Source: a virus
Direction: 5' to 3' (one strand)
Length of the DNA stretch: 64,000 bases
IMG/VR virus record: IMGVR_UViG_3300036832_001166
Location: 32,001 to 96,000 of that record
Below are positions 55,135 through 63,935 of the stretch, in pieces; position 1 is the first letter of the stretch; each line of letters starts with the position of its first letter. Below the pieces are notes generated by a model. It worked only from the letters and a program-made list of their open reading frames with translations, was not told the origin of the DNA and searched no databases. Made by a program: the position numbers and the translations under genes.

Positions 55135-55398
55135 ATGAGCAAGGAGAACGGCAGCGAGCCGATGGGGCCGCCTAAGCAGCCGCGCGCGGTCAGGCAGCTC
55201 GACATCGTCGGGACGGCCGAGGCCGCGAAGCTGCTCGGCGTCGAGCGTCCGCGCATCGGCCGGTGGGTCAAGCGCGGCGTGATGCCGCCGACCGCGGCGA
55301 TGCTGCAAGCGACACCGGTCTGGTACCGCCGCGACATCCTGAAGATGCAGGGCTGGGTCGAGCGCAACCGCCGCAACCGCGAGCCGGTGGCGGGCTGA
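55135..55398 (+). CDS. AlpA/excisionase-like HTH DNA-binding protein
   Basis: IVGTAEAAKLLGVERPRIGRWVKRGVMPP...PVWYRRDI. Confidence 0.85.
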   Translation: MSKENGSEPMGPPKQPRAVRQLDIVGTAEAAKLLGVERPRIGRWVKRGVMPPTAAMLQATPVWYRRDILKMQGWVERNRRNREPVAG

Positions 55399-55402
55399 CT
55401 GC

Positions 55403-55621
55403 ATGCACCGCGCCGAACGCGCCCGGCTGGCGCGCGAAGCGGCGCTGGAACGCATCCGCCGCCAGCAGGAGGAGGGGCTGCTCACGATCCGCCAGATGAC
55501 CCCGGAGGAGCGGGAGCGTTGGGGGCCGCCGCGCGACCGCCCGACGGGCCGCAAGCCGGGCTACCGGGCGTCGCTGGCGCGGTTCCAGCAGCCCGCCGAC
55601 GGCGTCCGCGACGACACGTAG
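55403..55621 (+). CDS. Hypothetical protein
   Basis: LTIRQMTPEERERWGPP. Confidence 0.55.
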   Translation: MHRAERARLAREAALERIRRQQEEGLLTIRQMTPEERERWGPPRDRPTGRKPGYRASLARFQQPADGVRDDT

Positions 55622-55656
55622 GCTCCCCCGCAAAACCCGACCCGAGGAGGCCAGAG

Positions 55657-55923
55657 ATGGCAGTAGCGAAGCCCACGACCGCGACCGAGTACGTGGTGCT
55701 GGAGCAGCGCGAGCTGAAGGACCCTAAGAACGACGAGACGGTCGTCGCATGGGTCGAGTCCGGCGTTGTCACCGGTACGACTCGCACGGGCGTGGCTCTG
55801 GAGATCGCGGGAGATCGTGAGGGCATCTGGCGTCCGGTGCCGACTCGCAACTGGGCCGACGCCATCCGGACGCGCGAGGAAGTCAGCCGGAAGATGAAGG
55901 CCGAGCCCGTGGAGGCCTTCTGA
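55657..55923 (+). CDS. Hypothetical protein
   Basis: CCCGAGGAGG leader. Confidence 0.7.
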   Translation: MAVAKPTTATEYVVLEQRELKDPKNDETVVAWVESGVVTGTTRTGVALEIAGDREGIWRPVPTRNWADAIRTREEVSRKMKAEPVEAF

Positions 55924-55925
55924 CC

Positions 55926-56303
55926 GTGGCCGTAGGGCGTAAGCCAACCTGCAACTGTGGCGAGTGCCTGAAGTGCAAGCGGCGCGTCTACATGCGGACG
56001 TGGTATGGCCGCAAGACGTTTGAGGAACGGCGAGCCCACGTCGCCAGGCGCGATCCTGAGAGGGTGCGAGCTGCGGATCAGGCCCGCAGGCCTGCCAGGA
56101 AAGAGGCCAAGGACTACGCGCTCAAGAAGTACGCGAACGGGCAGGTGGCGATTGCTCTGCGGAGCGGGAAGCTCCAGCGTGGCGCATGCGAGGTCTGCGG
56201 AGCGCCGGATGCGCAGGCGCACCACGACGACTACGAGCGCGCGCTGGACATACGCTGGCTATGCACCGAGCATCACGCGGCGGAGCACAGGGTGTTCACG
56301 TGA
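55926..56303 (+). CDS. HNH-like endonuclease
   Basis: CEVCG...AHHDDYERALDIRWLCTEHH. Confidence 0.75.
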   Translation: MAVGRKPTCNCGECLKCKRRVYMRTWYGRKTFEERRAHVARRDPERVRAADQARRPARKEAKDYALKKYANGQVAIALRSGKLQRGACEVCGAPDAQAHHDDYERALDIRWLCTEHHAAEHRVFT

Positions 56304-56629
56304 CCGAGCCCGAGCCCCAGCCGCCTGCCGAGGAGAAGCAGGAGGACCCGTTCGAGGGTCTGCGCCGCGAGATTGCGGACTTCGGCGACTACGACGAGCG
56401 CGCGCTGGACGACTACCGCACGCTGTCCTACTACTTCGCGCTGCGCAGGCAGGGCATGTCGCGCCCCGCCGCCAAGACGCAGACGTGCGCCACGTTCGGG
56501 CATGACGCGCCGCGCGGCAAGTGCGAGCGCTGCGGCATCGGCGTCGACCTCACCAGCGACGAAGGCGCCACCAAGCGCGAGCGCAAGCGGATCGCCGAGC
56601 GCGACGCGTGGCTCGCTGCCCGATGGTGA
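56300..56629 (+). CDS. Hypothetical protein with zinc ribbon
   Basis: GTGA overlap; C...GH...CERCG. Confidence 0.6.
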   Translation: MTEPEPQPPAEEKQEDPFEGLRREIADFGDYDERALDDYRTLSYYFALRRQGMSRPAAKTQTCATFGHDAPRGKCERCGIGVDLTSDEGATKRERKRIAERDAWLAARW

Positions 56630-56798
56630 TGTACAAGAACGGCACGGCGTGGCGCTTCGTCGTCTTCAGTGACGGCGCCTGGGCATGGGTGAGGCAGTGG
56701 CGGGACGCCGGTACGATGGCGCCGTGGACGAGGACGGCGACCGCTCACTCGACGATCTGACCGAACGCCACCTGCGCAAGCGGGGCCGCGTCCCCGGG

Positions 56799-57296
56799 AT
56801 GACCGAGATCGACCGCGAGGAGCGCAACGCAGAGATCGTCCGCGACCGGCTGCGCGGCCAGAGCTGGGCCTACCTCGCGGAGAAGTACAACCTCACCGTC
56901 CGCCAGGTCCGGGACATCTACCGGGCGTGGCGCGCCGACAACCAGCCGACTTACCAGGGCCGCGACCCGATCGAGATCGTCCACTCGATGCTCGACCGGC
57001 TCGATAGCTGGGTCGAGCAGCTCGCGGAGGTCGCCGACTCCGCGACCGTCGACGCGACGCGGATCGCCGCGATCAACGCGCAGCTCAACGCGCTGACGCG
57101 CACCGCCGAGCTGATGCAGGCCACCGGCATCCTCCCGCACGACCTCGGCACCCTGCGCCTGGAGCTGGACGTCCAGACGCTCGCGGTCAAGCTCGTCACC
57201 GTCCTGACCGAGCAGGGCGCCACGCCGGAGATGAAACGCGCGATCCTGGACACGCTGAGAGCCGATGCGGTGCAGCAGCCCGCGCTGTCCGCTTGA
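56799..57296 (+). CDS. Probable terminase small subunit
   Basis: N-terminal HTH (RNAEIVRDRLRGQSWAYLAEKYNLT..QVRDIY) plus helices; upstream of TerL; start uncertain. Confidence 0.6.
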   Translation: MTEIDREERNAEIVRDRLRGQSWAYLAEKYNLTVRQVRDIYRAWRADNQPTYQGRDPIEIVHSMLDRLDSWVEQLAEVADSATVDATRIAAINAQLNALTRTAELMQATGILPHDLGTLRLELDVQTLAVKLVTVLTEQGATPEMKRAILDTLRADAVQQPALSA

Positions 57297-57519
57297 CCGC
57301 GTCGACGGCTCCCGCTTCTGCGCGAGTCACCAGGAGCTGTTCGCCTCCATCGCGACCGAGATCGACGATGGCCGAGACGCGCGCCGCCGCTCGCCCGATC
57401 GCCGCCGCCGCACGCTGTTCAAGGCCTGTGACTGGGCGGGCTGCCCCGAGTGCGCCGCGCCGCGCGAGTCCTACTGCGAGTACCACGTCAGGGTGCTGAG
57501 CCATTCCCCTACGGCTTGA
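57265..57519 (+). CDS. Small protein with two CxxxxC...C..H zinc motifs
   Basis: CSSPRC...FCASH; CDWAGC...YCEYH. Confidence 0.55.
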   Translation: MRCSSPRCPLDRVDGSRFCASHQELFASIATEIDDGRDARRRSPDRRRRTLFKACDWAGCPECAAPRESYCEYHVRVLSHSPTA

Positions 57520-57538
57520 TCCGCGCGACCACTTCGGG

Positions 57539-59266
57539 ATGACCGTCTCCGACGCGTTCCTGGACGCGCTGGAGTCAGACATCGCCGCGCACGAGCAGCG
57601 TCGCGCCAGCTTCCTGGAATGGGCGGTCAAGGTCCCCGAGACTCGCGGCCCGCTGAACTTCACCCGCTGGCCGTTCCAACGCGAGCTGTACGAACAGGGC
57701 TTCGACGACAAGGAGGTCGTCGTCATGAAGGCCACGCAGCTCGGGATCTCCGCGTGGCTCGTTCGCTGGGCGCTGTGCTGGGCCGACATGCACGCCGCCC
57801 GCGTCCTGTACATCTTCCCTCGCGAGCGGCAGCTCCTGGACTTCTCCGACGGCCGGATCAAGCCGCTTATCTTGGGTGAGTACCTGAGGACTCGCGTGCC
57901 GCCCGCGTCGGTGCAGAACAAGACCCTGAAGTCGGTCGGCCTGGGGATCATCTACTTCCGCGGCTCCGAGGCCGAGGCCGGACTGGAGTCCATCGACGCT
58001 GATGCGCTGTGCCTCGACGAGCACGACCTGCTGGTGCAGGCGCACATCCCGGTCGCTGAGCGCCGCGTCGGCGGCCAGGACTCGCTCGGCATGATCCGCC
58101 GGATCGGCTTCCCGACCATCAGCGACCACGGGATCCACAAGGAGTACAAGAAGACCGACCAGCGCGAGTGGACGGTCCGCTGCGAGTTCTGCGGCGAGTG
58201 GCAGGCGCTGACGTGGGCGGAGAACGTCGACCTGGAGCGCGCGATCCGGGTCTGCCGCAAGTGCCGCAAGGGCCCGCTCGACGTCGCCACCGGCGAGTGG
58301 GTCGCGACGCACCCGAGCCGGACCCGGCGCGGCTACCACGTGACGAAGCTGCTGCTCCCCCGCCCCGAGATCGTCGGCTCGCTGATCGAGGCCAGCCACG
58401 AGCAGGTCGCCTACCAGCGCCAGATCTTCTTCAACCGCGATCTCGGCGAGCCGTGGGAGGCCGAGGGCGCCCGGCTAACCCCGGCGATGATCGCCGCGGC
58501 GCAGCGCGGCTACACGCAGCTCACCGCCTACACCGGCACCAACCCGGTGGTCATGGGCGTCGACGTCGCGTCGGTCCGCGCGCTGAACGTGTGGATCACC
58601 GAGCAGCTCTCCGAGACGCAGGGCCGTGTGCTGTGTCTCGGCCTGGTCGACAGCTTCGATGAGCTGGCCAAGCTCATGGACCGCTACCGGGTGGTCATGG
58701 CCGGGATCGACCATCTGCCTGAGAACCGGCTGGCGCAGGCGTTCGCGAACCGGTTTGCCGGGCGGGTGTACATCATCAGCTACGGCACCGAGACGCAGCG
58801 TGACGTGCTCTCCGTCGACGATCAGCAGCGCCGCGCGTCAGTCCGGCGCACCGAGGCGATCGACGCTGCTCAGGAGCGCGTCCGCGCGCAGCACGAGTAC
58901 CTGCCGCAGGATCTGCCGACGGCGTTCGTGGAGCAGATGTGCTCCAATGTCCGCTCGGTCGAGCGCGACGACGTCGGCCGGGTGCGGGTGCGCTATCGCG
59001 CCGACGGCCCGGACGACTGGATGCAGGCGCTTACGTACGCCATCGTCGCGAACGAGTGCTGGTGGATCCGCCAGCAGGTCGACCACGAGGAGATCACCTC
59101 CATCGACGAGATGACCGAGCTGGGGTTCGAGCGTTCGACGCTGCGCGACCCGGAGTCGATGGAGTACAGCCCGGGGCGCTCCGACGGCGACTACCAGCTT
59201 CACGACGGGCACGTCAACGGCAGCACGAACGGGTACGACGACGAGTTCGACGCCTGGGGCGAATAG
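57539..59266 (+). CDS. terL: Terminase large subunit (lambda gpA-like)
   Basis: KATQLGIS Walker A; LCLDEHD Walker B; CEFC...CRKC; MGVDV nuclease motif; DDWMQA. Confidence 0.9.
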   Translation: MTVSDAFLDALESDIAAHEQRRASFLEWAVKVPETRGPLNFTRWPFQRELYEQGFDDKEVVVMKATQLGISAWLVRWALCWADMHAARVLYIFPRERQLLDFSDGRIKPLILGEYLRTRVPPASVQNKTLKSVGLGIIYFRGSEAEAGLESIDADALCLDEHDLLVQAHIPVAERRVGGQDSLGMIRRIGFPTISDHGIHKEYKKTDQREWTVRCEFCGEWQALTWAENVDLERAIRVCRKCRKGPLDVATGEWVATHPSRTRRGYHVTKLLLPRPEIVGSLIEASHEQVAYQRQIFFNRDLGEPWEAEGARLTPAMIAAAQRGYTQLTAYTGTNPVVMGVDVASVRALNVWITEQLSETQGRVLCLGLVDSFDELAKLMDRYRVVMAGIDHLPENRLAQAFANRFAGRVYIISYGTETQRDVLSVDDQQRRASVRRTEAIDAAQERVRAQHEYLPQDLPTAFVEQMCSNVRSVERDDVGRVRVRYRADGPDDWMQALTYAIVANECWWIRQQVDHEEITSIDEMTELGFERSTLRDPESMEYSPGRSDGDYQLHDGHVNGSTNGYDDEFDAWGE

Positions 59267-59279
59267 GGTTGGCGCCATC

Positions 59280-59729
59280 GTGGACCGGCTCTGGGCAAAG
59301 ATCGACAAGCGCGGGCCTGACGAGTGCTGGCCCTGGACGGCATACCGGCTCCCCAAGCCGTGGGACTACGGTCACATCATGGTGGCCGGGAGGCCACGAC
59401 CAGCGCATAGGGTGGTCTATGAGCTGACGGTCGGGCCGATCCCCGAGGGTCTGTTCGTCCTGCATTCCTGCGACAACCCGCCCTGCTGCAACCCGGCACA
59501 CCTGCGGGCTGGCACTCAGAAGGAGAACATCGAGGACGCTGTCGAGCGAGACCGGTTGGCGCGCGGTCGGGCGTTGCCGCAGGCGAAGCTCACAGAGGCC
59601 GCTGTACGCGAGATCCGGCGTCGGTCTGGTGAGGGCAGGTCGCAGCGCGCAGTGGCGGCCGAGTTCGGCGTGTCGCATGACACGGTAGGCAAGATTCTTC
59701 GCGGCAAGCGCTGGACTCACGTGACCTAG
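59280..59729 (+). CDS. HNH endonuclease with C-terminal HTH
   Basis: ECWPW...AHRVVY...VLHSCDNPPCCNPAHL..GTQKEN; SQRAVAAEFGVS. Confidence 0.92.
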   Translation: MDRLWAKIDKRGPDECWPWTAYRLPKPWDYGHIMVAGRPRPAHRVVYELTVGPIPEGLFVLHSCDNPPCCNPAHLRAGTQKENIEDAVERDRLARGRALPQAKLTEAAVREIRRRSGEGRSQRAVAAEFGVSHDTVGKILRGKRWTHVT

Positions 59730-59732
59730 ATT

Positions 59733-59755
59733 TAGCGCACGATGTGTGCTATCCT
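59733..59755 (+). promoter_or_regulatory. Repeated operator/extended -10 promoter
   Basis: TAGCGCACGATGTGTGCTATCCT; GGGCCC-AGAGA-GGGCCC hairpin; CCGACCGAGGAG. Confidence 0.85.
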
Positions 59756-59800
59756 CTAGGTGGGCCCAGAGAGGGCCCTCCCCCGACCGAGGAGGACGCG

Positions 59801-60037
59801 ATGGAGTGGACCACGCTGTATCTGGCCAACGGTCAGGTCCGGACGGTGAAGGGCCGCGCCGAGGACATCGGCATCGCCCTGAAGCGCCGGACGATGAGCG
59901 AGGACGACCGGATCCGTCAGTTCACCACCATCGACGGCGACACGCTGACGATCAACGCGGACGCTGTCGCCATGACCGAGACCGCCGCTGTGCGGACCGA
60001 CCGAGCGTTCGGCTTTAGCCGAGCCCTGGAGGCCTGA
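59801..60037 (+). CDS. Hypothetical protein
   Basis: ATG after conserved leader. Confidence 0.7.
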   Translation: MEWTTLYLANGQVRTVKGRAEDIGIALKRRTMSEDDRIRQFTTIDGDTLTINADAVAMTETAAVRTDRAFGFSRALEA

Positions 60038-60291
60038 TGAGCGACTGGACCACCAAGTACTACCCGGTCGGATCGCGCTACTGGGTCCTGCCCGGCACCG
60101 AGTACACCATCGACACGACCGGCTACAACGCTACGAGCTGGAAGTCCGGCGCCGAGAAGGGCCGCCGCATCGGTGGCGGCTACACCCCGAGCCGAGGACG
60201 GCAGCGCCTGGGCAGCTACCCCACGCTGCAGCAGGCCAAGGACCGGGCCGCCCGCGACATCGCCAGCAAGGCGCAGGAGGAGGCAGCGTGA
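60037..60291 (+). CDS. Hypothetical protein
   Basis: Coupled ORF. Confidence 0.65.
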   Translation: MSDWTTKYYPVGSRYWVLPGTEYTIDTTGYNATSWKSGAEKGRRIGGGYTPSRGRQRLGSYPTLQQAKDRAARDIASKAQEEAA

Positions 60292-60491
60292 GATCTGCGA
60301 GCGAACGGTTCCCGATCGGGACGCGCATCGAGCACGCCACCGACGGCGAGACCGGCACGGTGATCGGCCACCCCTCCTTCGGCATTCGCGTCGCGGTAGA
60401 CGTCAACCCCGACGAGTGGCGCGCGAGCATCATTGGCCCGCCGTCGAACGTCACCGCGGTGTGGGAGTCCTGGACCTGCGCACGAACGTAG
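60288..60491 (+). CDS. Hypothetical SH3-like protein
   Basis: GAGGAGG RBS; FPIGTRIEH...GTVIG. Confidence 0.65.
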   Translation: MRSASERFPIGTRIEHATDGETGTVIGHPSFGIRVAVDVNPDEWRASIIGPPSNVTAVWESWTCART

Positions 60492-60494
60492 GTA

Positions 60495-60517
60495 GAGCAC
60501 ACGACGTGTGCTACAAT
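60495..60517 (+). promoter_or_regulatory. Repeated operator/extended -10 promoter
   Basis: GAGCACACGACGTGTGCTACAAT; GTGGTC-AGAGA-GGCCAC; CCGACCGAGGAG 60546-57. Confidence 0.85.
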
Positions 60518-60562
60518 GAAGTTGTGGTCAGAGAGGCCACACGATCCGACCGAGGAGCTGAG

Positions 60563-60781
60563 ATGGCCAGACGACAGATCATGGACGGCACCGAGCAGGT
60601 CGCCGTCGAGGGCTACACCGGCCGCGTCAAGGTGATCGTCGAGGGCGACGACATCGTCGCCATCGCCTGCGCCTGGTTCGCGCGCTGCGAGAACGAGGCC
60701 ACCACCACCCGGTCGCACCCGATCCTGGGTGAGGCCCCCATCTGCGGCCGCTGCGACGCGCGGGTCGAGGAGCTGTCGTGA
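60563..60781 (+). CDS. Small zinc-finger protein
   Basis: CAWFARC...HP..G..PICGRC. Confidence 0.7.
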   Translation: MARRQIMDGTEQVAVEGYTGRVKVIVEGDDIVAIACAWFARCENEATTTRSHPILGEAPICGRCDARVEELS

Positions 60782-60954
60782 CCTACTCCGCCCGGGAGCT
60801 GCGCGTCGTGGACAACAACACGCGCGACTACGAGGGCGGCTACACCGTCGAGCGCGGCAACGTGATCGTTGCCGGGCCGTACGCCAGCAAGACCGACGCC
60901 AAGCAGGCCAAGGCCGATCTCGTTGCCGGACGCACCGTCCGAGCGGCGGGCTAA
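60778..60954 (+). CDS. Small hypothetical protein (MTYSARELRVVD...)
   Basis: GAGGAG RBS, GTGA overlap; translated by hand. Confidence 0.6.
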   Translation: MTYSARELRVVDNNTRDYEGGYTVERGNVIVAGPYASKTDAKQAKADLVAGRTVRAAG

Positions 60955-60976
60955 CACCACCGACCGAGGAGACCAC

Positions 60977-61327
60977 GTGACCACCACCACCGAGAAGATC
61001 CTGGACGCCGAGGCGGCCGACGCCGCCACGATGAACTCCTGGAGCGACCGCAACCCGGCGACGATCGTCAAGCGAACCGCGAAGACGATCTGGGTCCAGG
61101 AGGACCGCGTCGCGAACCTGAGCAGCGAGGAGAGCCGCGAGAGCGGGCTCACCTTCGCCCGCGGGCACGGCGACGTCGTCATCTTCGTTCGCGACTACGA
61201 CTCGCCGATCCGGAAGTACTCGCTGCGCAAGAACGGGCGCTGGATTCAGCAGGGCGCCCCGGCCAACGCGCGGGGCGGCTCCCTGACCGTCGGGCGCCGC
61301 GACTACTACCGGGATCCCTCGTTCTGA
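60977..61327 (+). CDS. Hypothetical phage protein (ends YYRDPSF)
   Basis: CCGACCGAGGAG leader. Confidence 0.75.
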   Translation: MTTTTEKILDAEAADAATMNSWSDRNPATIVKRTAKTIWVQEDRVANLSSEESRESGLTFARGHGDVVIFVRDYDSPIRKYSLRKNGRWIQQGAPANARGGSLTVGRRDYYRDPSF

Positions 61328-61524
61328 TGAACCGCTACCAGACCGGCTACGGTGCCGGGAAGGTCCACCTTGGTGAGGCCGCCCGGCGCCATCGCTTCTA
61401 CACGATCCTGTACTGCACAGGCCGCGCCGTGAGCGGCGCGTACACCACCGGCGCCGCCGTGGACTGCAAGGCGTGTCTCAAGCGCGCCAAGGCCAACGGC
61501 ATCGACCCGACCGAGGAGACCTGA
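61327..61524 (+). CDS. Small Cys-containing protein
   Basis: KVHL...C...VDCKACLK. Confidence 0.7.
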   Translation: MNRYQTGYGAGKVHLGEAARRHRFYTILYCTGRAVSGAYTTGAAVDCKACLKRAKANGIDPTEET

Positions 61525-61745
61525 TGACAAGCACACGACCCCTGGGCAGCATCCAGCGCCACGTCCTGACGTCACTGGAGCGCGAACCGTGGCCCGGCGG
61601 CTGGATCTGGGAGAACGCTTCCACGACCGCCCGCGTTCTCGACTCGTTGGTCAAGCGCGGGCTCGCCTCGCACACGGACGGTGGCCCGTACCGTCGTGGC
61701 CGCTACCGCATCACCGAGGCGGGCAAGGAGGCGCTGACGGCGTGA
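61524..61745 (+). CDS. Small winged-helix-like protein
   Basis: RVLDSLVKRGLA...YRITEAGKEAL. Confidence 0.7.
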   Translation: MTSTRPLGSIQRHVLTSLEREPWPGGWIWENASTTARVLDSLVKRGLASHTDGGPYRRGRYRITEAGKEALTA

Positions 61746-61969
61746 CCGAGCCGGTTCTCCGCCGTCGCTGCCGCATCTACGTCGATGGCGTCTACGTCGG
61801 CTGGGTGGTCAAGCGCGAGGGCCGGTTCCGCGCGTACGTCACGCACCCGCAGGGCGGCTTCATGAGCGTCGAGGGCAGCTCGCGCCGCGCCGCCGCACAG
61901 AACGCCTGGAGCGCACGATGTGTGCTAGACTCACTGTACAAGGAGCAATCGACCGAGGAGCCGAAATGA
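61742..61969 (+). CDS. Hypothetical protein
   Basis: AAGGAGG RBS, GTGA overlap. Confidence 0.6.
   Translation: MTEPVLRRRCRIYVDGVYVGWVVKREGRFRAYVTHPQGGFMSVEGSSRRAAAQNAWSARCVLDSLYKEQSTEEPK
61909..61931 (+). promoter_or_regulatory. Repeated operator/extended -10 promoter (inside the upstream ORF)
   Basis: GAGCGCACGATGTGTGCTAGACT. Confidence 0.75.
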
Positions 61970-62253
61970 GCGTGAAGATCCGCGCCGTGTACCGCCTTGA
62001 GCCCGCCGGGCTCATAGACCGCACCGATGCGCGCGTGACGGCGTACGCCGGACGCGAGGTGCAGATGATCCAGCCGTGGGGCTGTCCCCGCAACGGGACG
62101 ATGGGGATGGTGTACGTCCAGCTCGCCGAGGAGGGCGAGTTCATCGGGCTCGTCAGCAAGGCGTCGCTGGTCAAGACCGGCCGCACCGCACCGGTGCGCG
62201 ACCTGGCCGCCGAGGCCCGCGACGCGCGCAGCCGCGCTCTGCTGGGGCGCTGA
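61966..62253 (+). CDS. Hypothetical protein
   Basis: CGACCGAGGAG leader. Confidence 0.7.
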   Translation: MSVKIRAVYRLEPAGLIDRTDARVTAYAGREVQMIQPWGCPRNGTMGMVYVQLAEEGEFIGLVSKASLVKTGRTAPVRDLAAEARDARSRALLGR

Positions 62254-62254
62254 C

Positions 62255-62554
62255 GTGAAAATCACCGACGAGCTGGTGCAGCAGGCGTGCCTCGCCTACG
62301 GCGGGGACGCCTTCCCCGGGCGCATGCGCCGCGCGCTGGAGGTGGCGCTCGCCGACGCGCAGCCCGGCCTGCGCGCACCGATGCTGGAGCTGGAGAAGCT
62401 CCAGAAGCTCGCGCGCGAGGCCGTTGAGATCTGGCAGGCCGGATCCGCCATGTACTCCGCCCACGAGTATGAGACCGCGATGGGCGACCTTGCCCGCGCG
62501 CTCCCGCCCAAGCCGCATGCACCGATCGAGAGCCAGCCAGGAGACCCATTCTGA
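62255..62554 (+). CDS. Hypothetical protein
   Basis: ITDELVQQACLAY...MRRALEVAL. Confidence 0.6.
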   Translation: MKITDELVQQACLAYGGDAFPGRMRRALEVALADAQPGLRAPMLELEKLQKLAREAVEIWQAGSAMYSAHEYETAMGDLARALPPKPHAPIESQPGDPF

Positions 62555-62772
62555 TGAGGCACGTCGCAGGTGACATCGTGTTCCAGGTGAGGGGAGTGAA
62601 GGTGCGCTACTCGCCGTCGCAGGGCACGTCGACGCGCTACCGCACCTTCTGCCCGCACGAAGTCGGGGTCAACTCCCGCACGCGGGCAGACGCCGTTGAC
62701 GCTGCCCGCCACGCGGGCGACTGGTGCGCCGAGTGCGCGGCCGAGGGCCAGCCCGGGTACGACGATGCCTGA
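62554..62772 (+). CDS. Hypothetical protein
   Basis: Coupled; CPHE...WCAEC. Confidence 0.6.
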   Translation: MRHVAGDIVFQVRGVKVRYSPSQGTSTRYRTFCPHEVGVNSRTRADAVDAARHAGDWCAECAAEGQPGYDDA

Positions 62773-63154
62773 GCTGGTGACCTGCACCGTCTGCGGCGAC
62801 GAGGACACGCTCACGTTCTCGGGCGACATCGGCGCGCGGATGCGCGAGCGCCGCGAATGCTTCCGCTGCGCGTTCTGGCTGACGCTGGCTGAGCTGGACA
62901 AGGCGGCGCCCGAGAACGTCGCGATCATCGGCGGCTGCCACTACATCATCGCGCCGGACCGCACCACCGGTCCCCCCTCGCTGGCGGGCATGGGTGGCGC
63001 GCGGTGCGTCATCGCCTTCCACGACGGCCGCGAGCGGGTCACGCACAACCTGTGGCACCAGGGCACTATCCCTGACCGCTTCCGCGACCTGTTCCCGGAC
63101 AACGCATCCTGGGGCGAGACGGGGCGACTCACGACCCGCCAGAGAACACCGTAG
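62765..63154 (+). CDS. Hypothetical zinc-binding protein
   Basis: CTVCG...CFRCAFW...HNLWHQGTIP. Confidence 0.65.
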   Translation: MPELVTCTVCGDEDTLTFSGDIGARMRERRECFRCAFWLTLAELDKAAPENVAIIGGCHYIIAPDRTTGPPSLAGMGGARCVIAFHDGRERVTHNLWHQGTIPDRFRDLFPDNASWGETGRLTTRQRTP

Positions 63155-63174
63155 CGCACGATGTGTGCTACAAT
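63152..63174 (+). promoter_or_regulatory. Repeated operator/extended -10 promoter
   Basis: TAGCGCACGATGTGTGCTACAAT. Confidence 0.85.
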
Positions 63175-63180
63175 GAACTT

Positions 63181-63384
63181 GTGACCAGAGAAGAACAGAC
63201 CGCCCGTTACACCGTCGTCGACCGGTACGCCACCACGGCGTCCGCGCTGCGCCCCAAGTCGACCGCCATCAACCCTCGCTACTGGGTGTGGGACACGGTC
63301 GAGCACACGATCGTCGACGAGTTCACCACCAAGCGCCCGGCAACGATGGCCGCGCGCGACCTCAACAAGGAGGCACGCCAGTGA
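63181..63384 (+). CDS. Hypothetical protein, possibly leaderless
   Basis: GTG lies about 7 nt after the -10; YWVWDT...ARDLN. Confidence 0.55.
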   Translation: MTREEQTARYTVVDRYATTASALRPKSTAINPRYWVWDTVEHTIVDEFTTKRPATMAARDLNKEARQ

Positions 63385-63626
63385 CCGGCGCACCGACCTG
63401 GAGCCGCGGCCGCGACGACTATGGCCGCAGCGTCCACTACCTCACCAGCGGGATGACGTTCCGCACCCTCGGCGTCGTCGTCCGCCTCCCGAAGGCGGCG
63501 ATCGAGACGCACGACGGGTGCAAGTACCTCGTCAACAACTGGAGCCTGGCGGACCGCGACGCCGCCGTGAGCTACGCGCGCACGCTGTCTGAGGCCAAGC
63601 GGCGCTTGATCGAGGCGACCCGATGA
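63381..63626 (+). CDS. Hypothetical protein
   Basis: AAGGAGG RBS. Confidence 0.65.
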   Translation: MTGAPTWSRGRDDYGRSVHYLTSGMTFRTLGVVVRLPKAAIETHDGCKYLVNNWSLADRDAAVSYARTLSEAKRRLIEATR

Positions 63627-63874
63627 TCGCGGCGATCCAAGGCAACTGGTGGCTGGACGAGGGGCGAGACTCCGGCGTCTGGCCGTGCGAGGTGCTCGAC
63701 GTGAGCATCTTCGGCGTCCGCGTGCGGACCACGCACGACGCCAGCCTGTACTACGGCGAGACGATCATCGTGGACCACAACCGCGTCTACGACAGCGGCT
63801 TCAACCGCGTCCGCGAGGCGCTGGTCCGTGCCGAAGACAGGCCGTCAGACCAGCCCGCGACAAGCTGGCTGTAG
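63623..63874 (+). CDS. Hypothetical protein
   Basis: ATGA overlap. Confidence 0.6.
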   Translation: MIAAIQGNWWLDEGRDSGVWPCEVLDVSIFGVRVRTTHDASLYYGETIIVDHNRVYDSGFNRVREALVRAEDRPSDQPATSWL

Positions 63875-63894
63875 CGCACAACGTGCGCTAGAAT
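63872..63894 (+). promoter_or_regulatory. Repeated operator/extended -10 promoter
   Basis: TAGCGCACAACGTGCGCTAGAAT; GGCGGC/GCCGCC hairpin; CCGACCGAGGAG 63919-30. Confidence 0.85.
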
Positions 63895-63935
63895 GAACAG
63901 GGCGGCATGAGCCGCCACCCGACCGAGGAGACCCC

